Assembly (NCBI GenBank): GCA_038870975.1
Contig: JAVZJD010000001.1
Location: forward strand, 736,001-800,000
DNA length: 64,000 nt
From: Candidatus Bathyarchaeia archaeon
Lineage (GTDB): Archaea > Thermoproteota > CALKCG01 > B24
Direction: 5' to 3'
Shown: positions 48,373 to 59,022 of the stretch, in pieces
How positions within the stretch are numbered: the stretch's first letter is position 1
Layout of the letters: every line of letters starts with the position of its first letter
Position numbers and translations under genes: made by a program
The notes under the pieces: generated by a model
Databases searched by the model: none
The model's input: only the letters and a program-made list of their open reading frames with translations
Told to the model about the DNA's origin: nothing

Positions 48373-49370
48373 ACTCCTGCTATACGCTGGTAGACTTCAG
48401 GCGGGTTGAAAGCGGATGCTATAGCTCCATAGAGGACTATTTCATCTTTAAGTATTGTGAGTTTCATCTCTGGAATGCGGTTTATCGAATACTCCCCCAC
48501 ATGTTGTAAGATGAAGGGTAGAATTAACTCACTATTATGTAACATAACGGAGCCTCCGACTGTTATAAGCTCTGGGTCGTAAACGTTGATTACTGAAGCA
48601 AAACCTATGGCATTTAAAACACCTATTCTCCTAACAACTTCTAAGCTGAATCGGTCGGCTTGTTTAGCAGATTCATAGATCATTCTGGCCGAGATTCTAG
48701 AGAGTTCTCCTCTAGTAAGCTTATATAGAAGGCTTTTTTCAAATCCAAATATCAAATTGTTCTCAACTAGATATTTAACATAGTTTGGTATGTTTCTACC
48801 GGAGCAATAGGCCTCCCAGTGTCCACGTCTACCACATCCACAGACAAGCCTTCCATCAAAGTCTATGACTATGTGTCCGATTTCGTGGGCATTCCCATCT
48901 TTACCTAGAAGCAGATTACCGTTAACGTAAACTCCAGCGCCTATACCCGTGCTTATCGTTATGTAGACAAGGTTTTCTACGCTTCCCCCATCCCCGTAAA
49001 ACTTTTCACCCATCACCGCGGCTACACAGTCGTTAAGTAGAACAACAGGTAATTTGAATTCTTCCTTAAGAGGCTCAACTATTGGTACGAAACCGACTCC
49101 GGGAATATTGGCGGGTTGTTCAATGCCGCCACGTTTAAGGTTGAGAGGACCTATGGATCCTATGCCTATGCCCACTACTTCTTCAAAGTTTAAATTTAGG
49201 CTCTTGCATAGGCTCTTAATCATACGAGCTATCTGACGGCTTATAGCAGTAGGATCTTGACTTCTATCCGTTTCCTCTATCAGCTTTGATAATATTCTCC
49301 CCGTTTCATCTCCAATAGCAACCCTTAGGTTTGTAGCTCCAATATCTACGCCTAAACCGTACTTCTTCAT
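48369..49370 (-). CDS. ROK-family sugar kinase (glucokinase-like)
   Basis: GVDIGAT, LLND, ISTGIGAG, EIGH, CGCGRRGHWEAY. Confidence 0.92.
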   Translation of the reverse strand: MKKYGLGVDIGATNLRVAIGDETGRILSKLIEETDRSQDPTAISRQIARMIKSLCKSLNLNFEEVVGIGIGSIGPLNLKRGGIEQPANIPGVGFVPIVEPLKEEFKLPVVLLNDCVAAVMGEKFYGDGGSVENLVYITISTGIGAGVYVNGNLLLGKDGNAHEIGHIVIDFDGRLVCGCGRRGHWEAYCSGRNIPNYVKYLVENNLIFGFEKSLLYKLTRGELSRISARMIYESAKQADRFSLEVVRRIGVLNAIGFASVINVYDPELITVGGSVMLHNSELILPFILQHVGEYSINRIPEMKLTILKDEIVLYGAIASAFNPPEVYQRIAGV

Positions 49371-49528
49371 ATGGACACCAATAGTAGAAGTATTTCTTCC
49401 TAGTATTTTTCAATTGCGTCTTTTAAATATCTCCCATTGTAAGTTCAATGAAACCTCAGTAACGGCTTTAATTCATTTACTTATTATAGTTAAACTTATA
49501 TTCTATATATTATCTCAGTATTAACTGG

Positions 49529-50224
49529 ATGAGCCTAAAAGTATTTTCAACAGGGCTTCCAGCCATACCTCTCAGAGGAGCCATTAGCATTTACGAGAAA
49601 AGACATGGAGTCAGTTTTGAAGTAGTTGCAGGACCAGTCGAGCAGTGGCTTCCTGATGTTTTAGCTGGAGAAGGCGATATTGTTTCCGTGGGTGCTGAAT
49701 ATATGATGGATGATCTGCAGGAGGAACATGGCTTGATAATACCCGATACTAGAACATCAGTCGGTTATAGACGATCTGTAATAATTGTAAGGAAGGGCAA
49801 TCCTAAAAACATAAAGAAAATTGAAGATTTAGCCGAAAGAGAAGACGTTAAGATTCTAGTTTGCCGTGGGGCCTGTCAACGAGGTCTTTGGGATGATGTA
49901 TCCAGTAAAGCTATGTTGGCGGATGAAATTCGTAGGAAGATAGTTGAGTACGGAACAGGCTGTCTGGATACGTACCAAAGGTGGCGTAGAAGTGAGGGAC
50001 GTATAGATGCGGCTATAGTATGGAACGTATATGGAGTTATTTGGCCGAACGATTGTGACGTCATAGAGCTTCCTAGAGATCTTCAAGTCTATAGAAGTAC
50101 AAATGTTGCTATATTGAAATCGACCAAGGATGAAAAGTTGGCACGTATGTTCATAGATTTTCTGAGAACTAAGGACGCTAGAAGCACTTATGAGAAATGG
50201 GGCTGGGTCATACCGAAGCGCTAA
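49529..50224 (+). CDS. ModA/AcfC-like oxyanion-binding protein without a signal peptide
   Basis: IVRKGNPKNIKKIEDLA, DAAIVW, FIDFL...YEKWGW. Confidence 0.75.
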   Translation: MSLKVFSTGLPAIPLRGAISIYEKRHGVSFEVVAGPVEQWLPDVLAGEGDIVSVGAEYMMDDLQEEHGLIIPDTRTSVGYRRSVIIVRKGNPKNIKKIEDLAEREDVKILVCRGACQRGLWDDVSSKAMLADEIRRKIVEYGTGCLDTYQRWRRSEGRIDAAIVWNVYGVIWPNDCDVIELPRDLQVYRSTNVAILKSTKDEKLARMFIDFLRTKDARSTYEKWGWVIPKR

Positions 50225-50549
50225 GTGGGCATCCGCAGAAGGGTCTTCTCAAGCATACTACTACATTTGGTTTAAAGCTTATATAGATAGTCTTACCTAC
50301 ATTAACCTCTCTTTCAGAGGCTACATCTCTCGGTATATCTACTATGAAATAGTATTCTCCCACGGAGACTTTTGCACGGATAAAACTTCCAGTTAAAAAT
50401 AGGTCTTCAATTAGACCTTTAAACACGTTGACTCCCTCAAGTTTTTCAAAGTGAACTGTTATGTCATCAGGTCTTAAGAAGACACATACATGCTCATCTA
50501 CTTTAAAATGATCTTCAAGTGGTACAACCACTTCTAAACTTGATATAAC
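50208..50549 (-). pseudogene. C-terminal TOBE fragment of a Mo/W ABC ATPase
   Basis: FLRPDDI, NVFKGLIEDL, YISFKP; no Walker motifs, 5' part missing. Confidence 0.7.
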
Positions 50550-51264
50550 GATACCTGAGCAAGAGATTGTGGAGCTTTTTCAGAGGAAATATCCCCACAT
50601 AACCGTAATAGCCACCTTTGGAGGCTCTGGCTCTCTTCTTTCATCGATAGAAATAGCCAAAGCTGGAGACTTGTATGTTCCAGGTTCACAGGATTACATG
50701 GAAAAAGCAATAAGAAAAGGAATTATTAAAAAAGATACGATCACGATAATAACTTATATGATCCCGGCAATTATAGTTCCAAAAGGAAACCCTAAAAATA
50801 TAACGTGTTTAGAGGATTTGGCAAAACCTGGAGTACGTATTGGGCTTGCAGATCCTGAAACAGTATGTGTCGGAGAGTACGCTGTAGATTTACTGAAATA
50901 CAATGGTTTGTGGGAGAAGGTTAAACCTAATGTAATTGTCTATGTTGAAAGCTGCTCAGCATGTGCTAACTTGCCTGTTACAAAGTCTGTAGATGCCGTA
51001 ATAGGTTGGCACGTCTTCCACTACTGGAATCCTAACGCAACAGATATAATCTGGATCAAGCCAGAGAAAGTACCTAAAATAGCCTTTATTGCTGCGGCTT
51101 TAACCGTATACGTTGAAGATGAGTATGCGGCAAGGAAGTTTTTAGAGTTTCTGGCGTCAGAAGAATCTAAAGAAATATTCCGAATGTATCATTATTTTGC
51201 AACGGTTGAAGAGGCTAAAAACTACGCCCCTAATGCTACAGTGCCACCTATAAAAGATCCATAG
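50548..51264 (+). pseudogene. modA: Molybdate/tungstate-binding protein ModA/WtpA, 5'-truncated
   Basis: FGGSGSL, GDLYVPGS, VPKGNPKNI, ADPETVCVG; signal/anchor and first ligand loop absent. Confidence 0.7.
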
Positions 51265-51272
51265 GTGATAAC

Positions 51273-52082
51273 ATGAGTATGCTGAAGCCTAAGTTTATAG
51301 ATAGAAGCTTCACATTACTAGCAGTAGGCTCGCTAGCAGTGCTTACGCTCTTCCTCCTTACAACCTTAGTGTCTATGAGCTGGTACACGAAGCCGGAGAC
51401 TTTTCTGAAAACCCTTTTATCGGAAGAAATCTCATTCTCGGTAAGACTCAGTATTGTGACAGCGACGGTATCCACAGGCTTTGCACTTGCTGTAGCAATT
51501 CCATCGGCGTACATGCTATCACGTACAGACTTTCCAGGCAAATCCCTAATAGATGCATTATTAGATATACCGATGATAATGCCTCCTATATCCCTAGGTG
51601 CCGCACTCTTAATATTCTTCTCAACTCCTCTTGGAAGAATTATACAAACCCACTTCGTTAGATTCGTTTTTGAACCTGCTGGCTTAATATTAGCACAATT
51701 CACAGTTGTAGTTGCTGTGTGTATAAGGATGTTGAAAGCTGCTTTTGATAGTGTAAACCCTAGGTATGAATTAGTTGCTAGAACATTAGGTTGCACGAAG
51801 GCTGAAGCCTTCCTAAAAGTCACACTTCCACTTGCTAAGAAAAACATATTAGCTGCGACGGTCATATCCTGGGCTAGAGCTGTAGGCGAATTTGGAGCTT
51901 CCGTTACCCTTGCTGGTGCTACAAGAATGAGAACTGAAACAATGCCTATTGCAATATTCCTAAGCTTGGCTTCTGCGGATGTGGAGAGAACCGTAGCCAT
52001 AATATTCATCCTACTCGGGATAGCTATAAGCGTTTTAGTCTTTCTTAGAAAGATTATAGGGGTTACACCCGTCTGGAGGTGA
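51273..52082 (+). CDS. modB: Molybdate/tungstate ABC permease
   Basis: DIPMIMPP, ARTLG EAA loop, WARAVGEFGA. Confidence 0.88.
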   Translation: MSMLKPKFIDRSFTLLAVGSLAVLTLFLLTTLVSMSWYTKPETFLKTLLSEEISFSVRLSIVTATVSTGFALAVAIPSAYMLSRTDFPGKSLIDALLDIPMIMPPISLGAALLIFFSTPLGRIIQTHFVRFVFEPAGLILAQFTVVVAVCIRMLKAAFDSVNPRYELVARTLGCTKAEAFLKVTLPLAKKNILAATVISWARAVGEFGASVTLAGATRMRTETMPIAIFLSLASADVERTVAIIFILLGIAISVLVFLRKIIGVTPVWR

Positions 52083-52435
52083 TACCCTTCATAAGCGAAG
52101 ACGATCGTGAGAGACAAGCTTTACCAACTAGTGCACCTCAGAAGGGGATAACGATTAACGTGGAATTTAGAGGGGAGGCTAAGAGACGGCTTGGAATAGG
52201 TAAACTTGTAGTTACCCTTCCAGAGGATGCTGGCCTACTGGAGCTTCTTGAAGAACTTGAAAAGAAGTTTGGTTGGCCGTTTAAAAGAGAGTTCGTAGAT
52301 GAATCTACGGGGGACTTAAGTCCTAGGGTTGTAGTCTTAGTGAATAAGGTCCCCTTACGTAGAAACTTTAGGTTTTTAAAGTTTAAGGGCGGAGAATCTG
52401 TTGTGCTTTTTCCACACACAGTTTGTGGAGGATAA
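52079..52435 (+). CDS. MoaD/ThiS-family ubiquitin-like protein (start uncertain)
   Basis: Beta-grasp pattern, VVVLVN, C-terminal CGG; precedes aor. Confidence 0.8.
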   Translation: MIPFISEDDRERQALPTSAPQKGITINVEFRGEAKRRLGIGKLVVTLPEDAGLLELLEELEKKFGWPFKREFVDESTGDLSPRVVVLVNKVPLRRNFRFLKFKGGESVVLFPHTVCGG

Positions 52436-52441
52436 TTTCAC

Positions 52442-54253
52442 ATGTTAGGTTACGCTGGTAAGATCTTACGAGTAGATCTTAGTAGTGGTTCTTTTAAAAT
52501 TGAGCCTTTATCCGATCAAATGGTCAAGTCTTACATAGGTGGAAATGGATTCGGTGTAAGAATACTCTATGATGAAGTTCCTCCAAAAATAGACCCGTTA
52601 GGCATTGAGAATAAACTTATATTCGCTACAGGCCCCCTCTGTGGAACACCAATACCAATAGCCGTTAAATTTGGAGTATTTGCTAAATCACCTTTGACTG
52701 GGATTCTAGGTGAATCCTACTCTAGCGGCTTCTTTAGCGAGTATCTTAAAAAAGCCGGATACGACGTCTTAATAATCGAAGGAAAATCTGAAAAACCGGT
52801 TTTTCTCAAAATATTTGATGATGACATTAAACTTTGTGATGCAAGTAGCATTTGGGGAGCTACGTGCTGGGATGCTGAAAACATTCTGCGAAGCGATTTA
52901 GGTGAGAAGAGACTAGGCATTCTAAGCATAGGACCTGCTGGAGAAAACCTTGTTAAATTCGCCTGCATAACGAGTGACCGTTATAGACAGGCTGGTAGAT
53001 GTGGACTTGGAGCTGTTATGGGTGCGAAGAAGCTGAAAGCCATAGCTGTTCACGGTTCAAGCAGAATTGAAGTTGCTAACCCAGACGGTGTCTTAGAAGT
53101 CGCTAAAGGGATCGTTGAAAAATCTAAAAGTGCTAGAATTGAACACCATAGAGTTTACGGCACATTGGGAACCCTTGAAATAGCTAATGCGCAGGAAGCA
53201 CTTCCAACTAGGAACTGGACATATGGCTTCTTCGAAAAAGCTGAAGACGTAGATGCTGAGTACATGCTTAGAAATACGTTCGTCAGAGATGTTGGTTGCT
53301 TAAACAGATGTCCTATAAAATGTGGAAAATACAACGTTGTTAGAGATGGACCGTTCAAAGGAACAGCCATAGTGGGGCCCGAATACCAGAGTACCTATGC
53401 CTTAGGCCCCAACTGCTTTATAGATGATTTAAAGGCCGTGATTAAGGCTAACGAACTCTGCGATAAGTTGGGCATAGATACAATTACTGGAGGTTGTACA
53501 GTGGCTTTTGCTATGGAATGTTTCGAAAGAGGGATACTATCGGAGGAAGATTTAGGGTTTAAACTTAGATTTGGAGACCCAGAGGCTCTCATGAGGCTTT
53601 TAGAGCTTATAGCCTATAGGAAGGGTATAGGTAACCTTTTAGCTGAAGGTTCTAAAAGGGCCTCTGAAAAGCTAGGAGCTGAAGCTTTAGCCGTTCATGT
53701 TAAGGGATTAGAGTGCCCAGGATATGATGCTCGTGTACTTAAAGGAACAGCCCTTCAGTACGCTGTTTCAAGTAGAGGAGCCTGCCACTTGAGAGCTAGA
53801 GCGCAAGTGCCAGAGCTCACAGGGGCTATTGACCGTTTAGAAATTGAGGGGAAGGGTAAGCTTGTCAAAGAGAGAGAAGACCTATTCACGCTTTTCGACT
53901 CGCTCATAGTTTGTAAGTTTGCTCTACCGATATTCGAACTACTCGATATAGCCAAAGCCTATAACTGTGTTACTGGCATCGCTCTGACTGAGAAAGAACT
54001 ATTGACGATAGGTGAGCGTATAACGAACCTTGAAAGACTTTTCAATATACGTGAAGGTGTAACCCGCAAATGGGACACATTACCTGAGAAAATACTTTCA
54101 CATCCAAATCAAGGCATGGTAACATCTAGAGGAGAACTCAACACTATGCTCGACGAATACTATCGGCTCAGAGGATGGGATTTAGAAACAGGTAAGCCCA
54201 CAGTTGAAAAGCTTGAAGAGCTCAACCTGTTCCAACGGAAACCTATAGCATAG
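52442..54253 (+). CDS. aor: Tungsten-dependent aldehyde:ferredoxin oxidoreductase
   Basis: GKILRVDLS, KSPLTG, SIGPAGENLV, GRCGLGAVMG, GPEY, RGACH, YYRLRGWD. Confidence 0.93.
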   Translation: MLGYAGKILRVDLSSGSFKIEPLSDQMVKSYIGGNGFGVRILYDEVPPKIDPLGIENKLIFATGPLCGTPIPIAVKFGVFAKSPLTGILGESYSSGFFSEYLKKAGYDVLIIEGKSEKPVFLKIFDDDIKLCDASSIWGATCWDAENILRSDLGEKRLGILSIGPAGENLVKFACITSDRYRQAGRCGLGAVMGAKKLKAIAVHGSSRIEVANPDGVLEVAKGIVEKSKSARIEHHRVYGTLGTLEIANAQEALPTRNWTYGFFEKAEDVDAEYMLRNTFVRDVGCLNRCPIKCGKYNVVRDGPFKGTAIVGPEYQSTYALGPNCFIDDLKAVIKANELCDKLGIDTITGGCTVAFAMECFERGILSEEDLGFKLRFGDPEALMRLLELIAYRKGIGNLLAEGSKRASEKLGAEALAVHVKGLECPGYDARVLKGTALQYAVSSRGACHLRARAQVPELTGAIDRLEIEGKGKLVKEREDLFTLFDSLIVCKFALPIFELLDIAKAYNCVTGIALTEKELLTIGERITNLERLFNIREGVTRKWDTLPEKILSHPNQGMVTSRGELNTMLDEYYRLRGWDLETGKPTVEKLEELNLFQRKPIA

Positions 54254-54874
54254 TTTAAACTCATAAGATAAACAGTTGCACGCTTAACAGGCTTAACCAT
54301 AAATAAAAGACGTGGTGTAATAGGCCATTTATGAGGCGTGGGTAAGTGTATGATGAATTGTACTAAAAGTTTTCTAGGATCGTAAGAGTTAACAGTCTTC
54401 TAATTGTAAGGGGGTAAAATGCATAGTTTTAACACCAATCGAATGAAGTTCTGGCAACATTTCCTTCACCACCTTGCAAATTTCCTCAGATAAACTCATG
54501 TATCTTTCAACATCATCTTTTAAGACGTTAAAAACCATATCCAAAGCTTTCTTTCTTCTCGCATACCTTTATCCAAGTTTTGAGTCGATCAACCACATCG
54601 ATGCATGTACTGACAACCTCAACTATATCCATCTTAAATATATCCATCATCGATGAGATTATTTAACTGCTACAATCTTTTAAGAGTCTATACTATGAAT
54701 ACCTACACAGTCTTCATCAACGATGACCATTTTTCGTTAATATGAATAGGGCTTTTTTAAAGGAAATGATAGGAGCGATTAATGGAAAAGCCTCCTCTTT
54801 TAGGAGATTGCAGAATAACAGATTATAAAAATGAAGTTACTCGACTTTTATGGAAAATATCCTCTCCATAGCTT

Positions 54875-55108
54875 CTATTTAATGAGTTTTTCAAACGCCC
54901 TACGTATCTCGCTTATCTGTCTCTTTATCTCGTTCAACTCACTTCTGAGGGCTTTAACTACTTCCTCTAGATCTGCTTCGCTTTCTACCGTTACTTTGAA
55001 GCATGGAGTACCGTACCAGTCTTGAACACCTTGAGATAGTTTTATGAGAGGATGCTTTTTGATTAGTCCAGCTCCACCATCATATGGAAGCATTATTACG
55101 ATGCGCAT
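54875..55108 (-). CDS. Small hypothetical protein with a C-terminal coiled coil
   Basis: 77-aa ORF only. Confidence 0.45.
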   Translation of the reverse strand: MRIVIMLPYDGGAGLIKKHPLIKLSQGVQDWYGTPCFKVTVESEADLEEVVKALRSELNEIKRQISEIRRAFEKLIK

Positions 55109-55361
55109 TCGTGATGTATGTTCATCATTTTAGCAAGTTAGAAAATCTACATAATCCTTAGTTCTAGCGAGTCTTGTAACTCCAACATATCAATAATGCA
55201 GGTGCTCTGCTATTCTAGAGATACTTCATGTGTATACCAATAAGCCGAGTAGTTTACAAGGTTTTATCACGCGTCCTATGCCTCTCACCATTTTTAAGAT
55301 TGTTTGGAGATTACGCAGTAAAATTTAAATCTTTTTCATGTTTATCTCTTAAGAGATAAAC

Positions 55362-56366
55362 ATGAAAAAGTTAATAATTGCAATGGTATTAATTTCGCTG
55401 GTCATCTGTTTTACCTTTTCTTGGTTTTATTTAATACCTCGGCTACGGCGTAGGCAGTTATTTAATATAGGTGTGGCAGTCGAATTTAACAACCATGCTA
55501 CCTGTGCATGGATTGCGCACCACTATGGTTGGTTTGAAGATGAAGGGCTTAACCTCACATGCTTTGAAGCCTACGTAACTGGTACGGCATTAGCATCTGC
55601 TGTAGCGAGAGGAGATATTCAAGCGGCTTATATGTGTCTCGGACCTGCTCTATTGTTGTACTCACGTGGTGTCCCTATAAAGATCGTTGCTGGTTTGCAT
55701 CTCTACGGTTTCGCTATTGTGGCAAAACCCGAGATAGTAAGTATAACAGACTTAGATGGTAAAGTAGTAGGTGTTGTCGCTGAAGGCTCGCAGGCAGATT
55801 TACTCCTGCGTTTTACAGTTGACAAGTATAATCTTAAAAACGTAGATATACGGCGTATGAATCCTCCAATGGCTTTAACTGCTTTAATCGCTGGAAAAAT
55901 TGACGCCGCTTGTATTCCTGAATTTTTCGCTACATTAGCTGAGGTTCAAGGCTTCCATATGGTTGCACGCAGTCAAGACCTATGGCCAAACATGCAAGGT
56001 AGTGTTTTAGTGGTTAAAGAGGATTTAATAAAGGAGCACCCAGAAGTTGTGAAAAAGCTTGTGTCGCTTGTAGTAAGGGGGACAAACTTTATACACGATC
56101 AGCCGGATTTAGCAGCATCAGTCCTCACAGATGAGTTGAAAGGGGCAAAAGTCTTAGGCGTATCGCAGGAGGTCCTCGATATTCTAGGTAGTCAAATGGA
56201 ACTTGTGACAGCTGACCTCTTAAAGAGGTCTATGAACAACCTTGAGTATAGCTATGAAATAGATATCAATGTTGTTCAAAATTGTATAGATTTTATGGCT
56301 AAGTTGGAATATGTAGAACAATTTAACGCCAGTGATATTTTAGACCTAAGCTTCCTCTGGGGATGA
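55362..56366 (+). CDS. ABC transporter substrate-binding protein (SsuA/TauA/NMT1-like)
   Basis: N-terminal TM anchor; GWFEDEGL, DLDGKVVG, GKIDAA..PE. Confidence 0.85.
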   Translation: MKKLIIAMVLISLVICFTFSWFYLIPRLRRRQLFNIGVAVEFNNHATCAWIAHHYGWFEDEGLNLTCFEAYVTGTALASAVARGDIQAAYMCLGPALLLYSRGVPIKIVAGLHLYGFAIVAKPEIVSITDLDGKVVGVVAEGSQADLLLRFTVDKYNLKNVDIRRMNPPMALTALIAGKIDAACIPEFFATLAEVQGFHMVARSQDLWPNMQGSVLVVKEDLIKEHPEVVKKLVSLVVRGTNFIHDQPDLAASVLTDELKGAKVLGVSQEVLDILGSQMELVTADLLKRSMNNLEYSYEIDINVVQNCIDFMAKLEYVEQFNASDILDLSFLWG

Positions 56367-56370
56367 GGTC

Positions 56371-57117
56371 ATGAAGAAACTTGAAAAATTGTTCTGGCTT
56401 ACACCCATATTGATACTCTTAGCAATCTGGGAGGTGGTGGCAAGATCCGGAATCATGCCTCAATACCTTTTTCCATCCTTTTCACAAGTAGTCGTCAGAA
56501 CCTATCTCTTAATAATCAGAGGCACTCTTACGACTCACTTTTTCAGTAGCTTGATTAGGGTTTTAGTAGGTTTTCTCTTAGGATCTTTAGCAGGTCTTGG
56601 AGTAGGTATTCTCATGGGCTGTTCTGACGTTTTAAACAGGACTTTGCAGCCAGTTCTTAGCCTTTTAATGCCCATTCCAGCCCTAGGTTGGCTTCCACTT
56701 CTCATATTATGGATTGGCATAGGCGAAGCCTTGCCAATAACCGTAATATTCTTATGCTCTTTTTTCCCTGTAACATACAATACTGCAACAGGTATCCGAG
56801 GAGTACCTAGAGAATACGTTAGAGTCGCGAGGACTTTAGGAGCATCTAGAATAGAGGTTTTGAAGACAATACTGATTCCTCTTGCTCTGCCAAGTATCTT
56901 CACAGGGTTGAGATTAGAAGCTGGGATGGCTTGGAGAGTGATAATAGCCGCAGAGATGATAGCAATTCCCAGTGGAATAGGTGCTCTAATGATCGCCTCT
57001 GAAAACCTCCTGATGGTTGACGTCATTATGGTGTGTTTAATGGTTTTAGCTATAATGTGTCTCTTATTTGAAAGAATTTTCCTCTTCTTAGAGCAAAGAT
57101 TTACCAAGTGGAGGTGA
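56371..57117 (+). CDS. ABC transporter permease (SsuC/TauC-like)
   Basis: SLIRV, PIPALGWLPL, ARTLGAS, LPSIFTGLR, AAEM. Confidence 0.9.
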   Translation: MKKLEKLFWLTPILILLAIWEVVARSGIMPQYLFPSFSQVVVRTYLLIIRGTLTTHFFSSLIRVLVGFLLGSLAGLGVGILMGCSDVLNRTLQPVLSLLMPIPALGWLPLLILWIGIGEALPITVIFLCSFFPVTYNTATGIRGVPREYVRVARTLGASRIEVLKTILIPLALPSIFTGLRLEAGMAWRVIIAAEMIAIPSGIGALMIASENLLMVDVIMVCLMVLAIMCLLFERIFLFLEQRFTKWR

Positions 57118-58181
57118 CCATTATACCGAATATTAAACTTAAGAATGTGTCAAACTTCATTCTGCGGAATATAAACTTGGAGATAATGGAAGGTGAATTG
57201 TTCACACTCTTAGGGCCATCAGGTTCTGGAAAAACAACTTTGTTAAATGTAATAGCCGGGCTTGTTGAATATGAAGGAAGCGTCTTCTTTGATGATAAAC
57301 CTATAGATATGGTTCCTCCAGAAGATAGAGGAATAGGATATGTACCGCAAGACCAACTTTTATTCCCCCATCTAAAAGTAGCAGATAATGTCGGTTATAG
57401 TTTAAAAGTATTGAAAAAACCTAAAACATTTATTGAGAAAAGAGTAGATGAGCTTTTAAGAATGATGGGTATAACGCATTTAAAGTATCGTTATATCAAG
57501 GACTTAAGTGGAGGAGAAAAGCAACGTGTAGCACTTGCTCGTGCGCTTGCAAACGAACCTAAGGTTTTACTACTAGATGAACCGTTCAATAACCTAGATC
57601 CAAATACTGCAAGTTACCTTAGACTTGAGATTAAACGTCTTCAAAGAAGGCTAGGTATAACGACAATCTTCGTCACACATGATATAAATGAAGCTGAAGA
57701 AATGAGCGATAGAGTTGGAATACTGTATCAAGGTGAGCTTCAACAAGTTTCAACATTCGATGAAATCATTTTCTCGCCAAGAAATGTAAAGGTATCAGAC
57801 TTTATTGGAGATTTAAACATTTTAACTTGCGAATGTAGAGGTAATTCAGGTGGTCTAGCCATATGCTATTGCCAAGGCATTCCAATCTTTGTGCTCACCG
57901 ATAGTAACTCAATAAGAAAGATAGCAATAGACCCTAAAGATGTATTTGTTACAACTGAACTAACCGATATTTTAGGCTCTCGTATTAACGTTTTCAAAGG
58001 TATTGTTATAGACATGTTAGAGATGCCAAGCCAGATGGTGAAAGTTAGGGTAAAACTTGAAAACGGTGTAGTGATCTCTTCGGTTATGCCTAAAGAAGCT
58101 TCCCACGAACTAACGAATGGAAAAGAAGTCTTTATAAAACTACCGCTTAAAGCTATGAGAATGATAGACCACAGCACTTAA
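57108..58181 (+). CDS. ABC transporter ATPase with a TOBE domain
   Basis: GPSGSGKT, LSGGEKQR, LLDEP; C-terminal TOBE. Confidence 0.92.
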   Translation: MEVTIIPNIKLKNVSNFILRNINLEIMEGELFTLLGPSGSGKTTLLNVIAGLVEYEGSVFFDDKPIDMVPPEDRGIGYVPQDQLLFPHLKVADNVGYSLKVLKKPKTFIEKRVDELLRMMGITHLKYRYIKDLSGGEKQRVALARALANEPKVLLLDEPFNNLDPNTASYLRLEIKRLQRRLGITTIFVTHDINEAEEMSDRVGILYQGELQQVSTFDEIIFSPRNVKVSDFIGDLNILTCECRGNSGGLAICYCQGIPIFVLTDSNSIRKIAIDPKDVFVTTELTDILGSRINVFKGIVIDMLEMPSQMVKVRVKLENGVVISSVMPKEASHELTNGKEVFIKLPLKAMRMIDHST

Positions 58182-58197
58182 GAGGTGTAAAAACAAC

Positions 58198-58965
58198 ATG
58201 TACGAGGAGTTATACGAGAAGTTTTCCAAAATTGTGGAAGTTAACAATCTTCTATCGGCTAGGGTAAAGTGTGTGATTTTAGGAGGTGATGCTTTAAGAC
58301 TTCCTTCAGGAGAATACCTTGCTGCGCGTGGTAAAGAGGTTGTAGTACACTGTGAAGTTGAAGGAGGCTTTGGACAGGCCTTCACAAGCTTCCCCAGAGA
58401 GTTTGATGGAACTGTCAGAGACGTGCTAGAGTTTATTCATGGAGATGATTGGAAGAGGGCGGTCTTTTTCGCTACGCTCAATGCTGTCCTCCATAAGTTA
58501 GGCATGGTTAAGGGAACGATTCACTGTAGAGAGTCTGAACCTGAAATCTGTGGTAGAGAATTGGTTTCCTACATCCTGTCGAAATTCGGTCGAGTTAAAA
58601 TAGCTCATATCGGCTACCAGCCTGGGCATGTCAAAGCCTTAGCCAGGCTCCTAGGCTCCGAAGGAGTCTACGTTACAGATTTAGATCCAGCGAACATAGG
58701 TCAGGTTAAATTTGGGATTGAAATATTGGATGGAAGATTAAACCAGGATATACTGCGTAAAGTAGATGTAGCATATATTACGGGTAGTGCAGCAGTCAAT
58801 GGGACCCTCCCAGAGCTACTCGACTTATGCAAAGTCTACGGTGTTAAACCAGTAGTCTATGGAGTTACAGGGAAAGGCTTAGCGAATCTGTTGAAACTGG
58901 AGGTCTTCTGCCCCTACGGTCACGATTCGCTAAATTCTCCATTGAGATTAAATGTAAAACTATAG
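58198..58965 (+). CDS. DUF364-like Rossmann-fold protein (putative metal/pterin chelation)
   Basis: GQAFT, RAVFFATLNA, IGYQP, ITGSAAVNGT, YGVT. Confidence 0.7.
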   Translation: MYEELYEKFSKIVEVNNLLSARVKCVILGGDALRLPSGEYLAARGKEVVVHCEVEGGFGQAFTSFPREFDGTVRDVLEFIHGDDWKRAVFFATLNAVLHKLGMVKGTIHCRESEPEICGRELVSYILSKFGRVKIAHIGYQPGHVKALARLLGSEGVYVTDLDPANIGQVKFGIEILDGRLNQDILRKVDVAYITGSAAVNGTLPELLDLCKVYGVKPVVYGVTGKGLANLLKLEVFCPYGHDSLNSPLRLNVKL

Positions 58966-59022
58966 TTTTCCCCTAGTTGAGAAAGGCTAATATTTGAGGA
59001 GTACAAACTATCTAGACGATGT

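Noticed and set aside
51248-52117. 289-aa minus-strand ORF, and similar long antisense ORFs at 39776-40465, 56535-57107 and 62877-63770
   Set aside because: Each fully overlaps well-supported genes on the opposite strand and has no motifs
54260-54870. Possible toxin-antitoxin or other gene remnant after aor
   Set aside because: Fragmentary minus-strand coding-like stretch without a diagnostic motif
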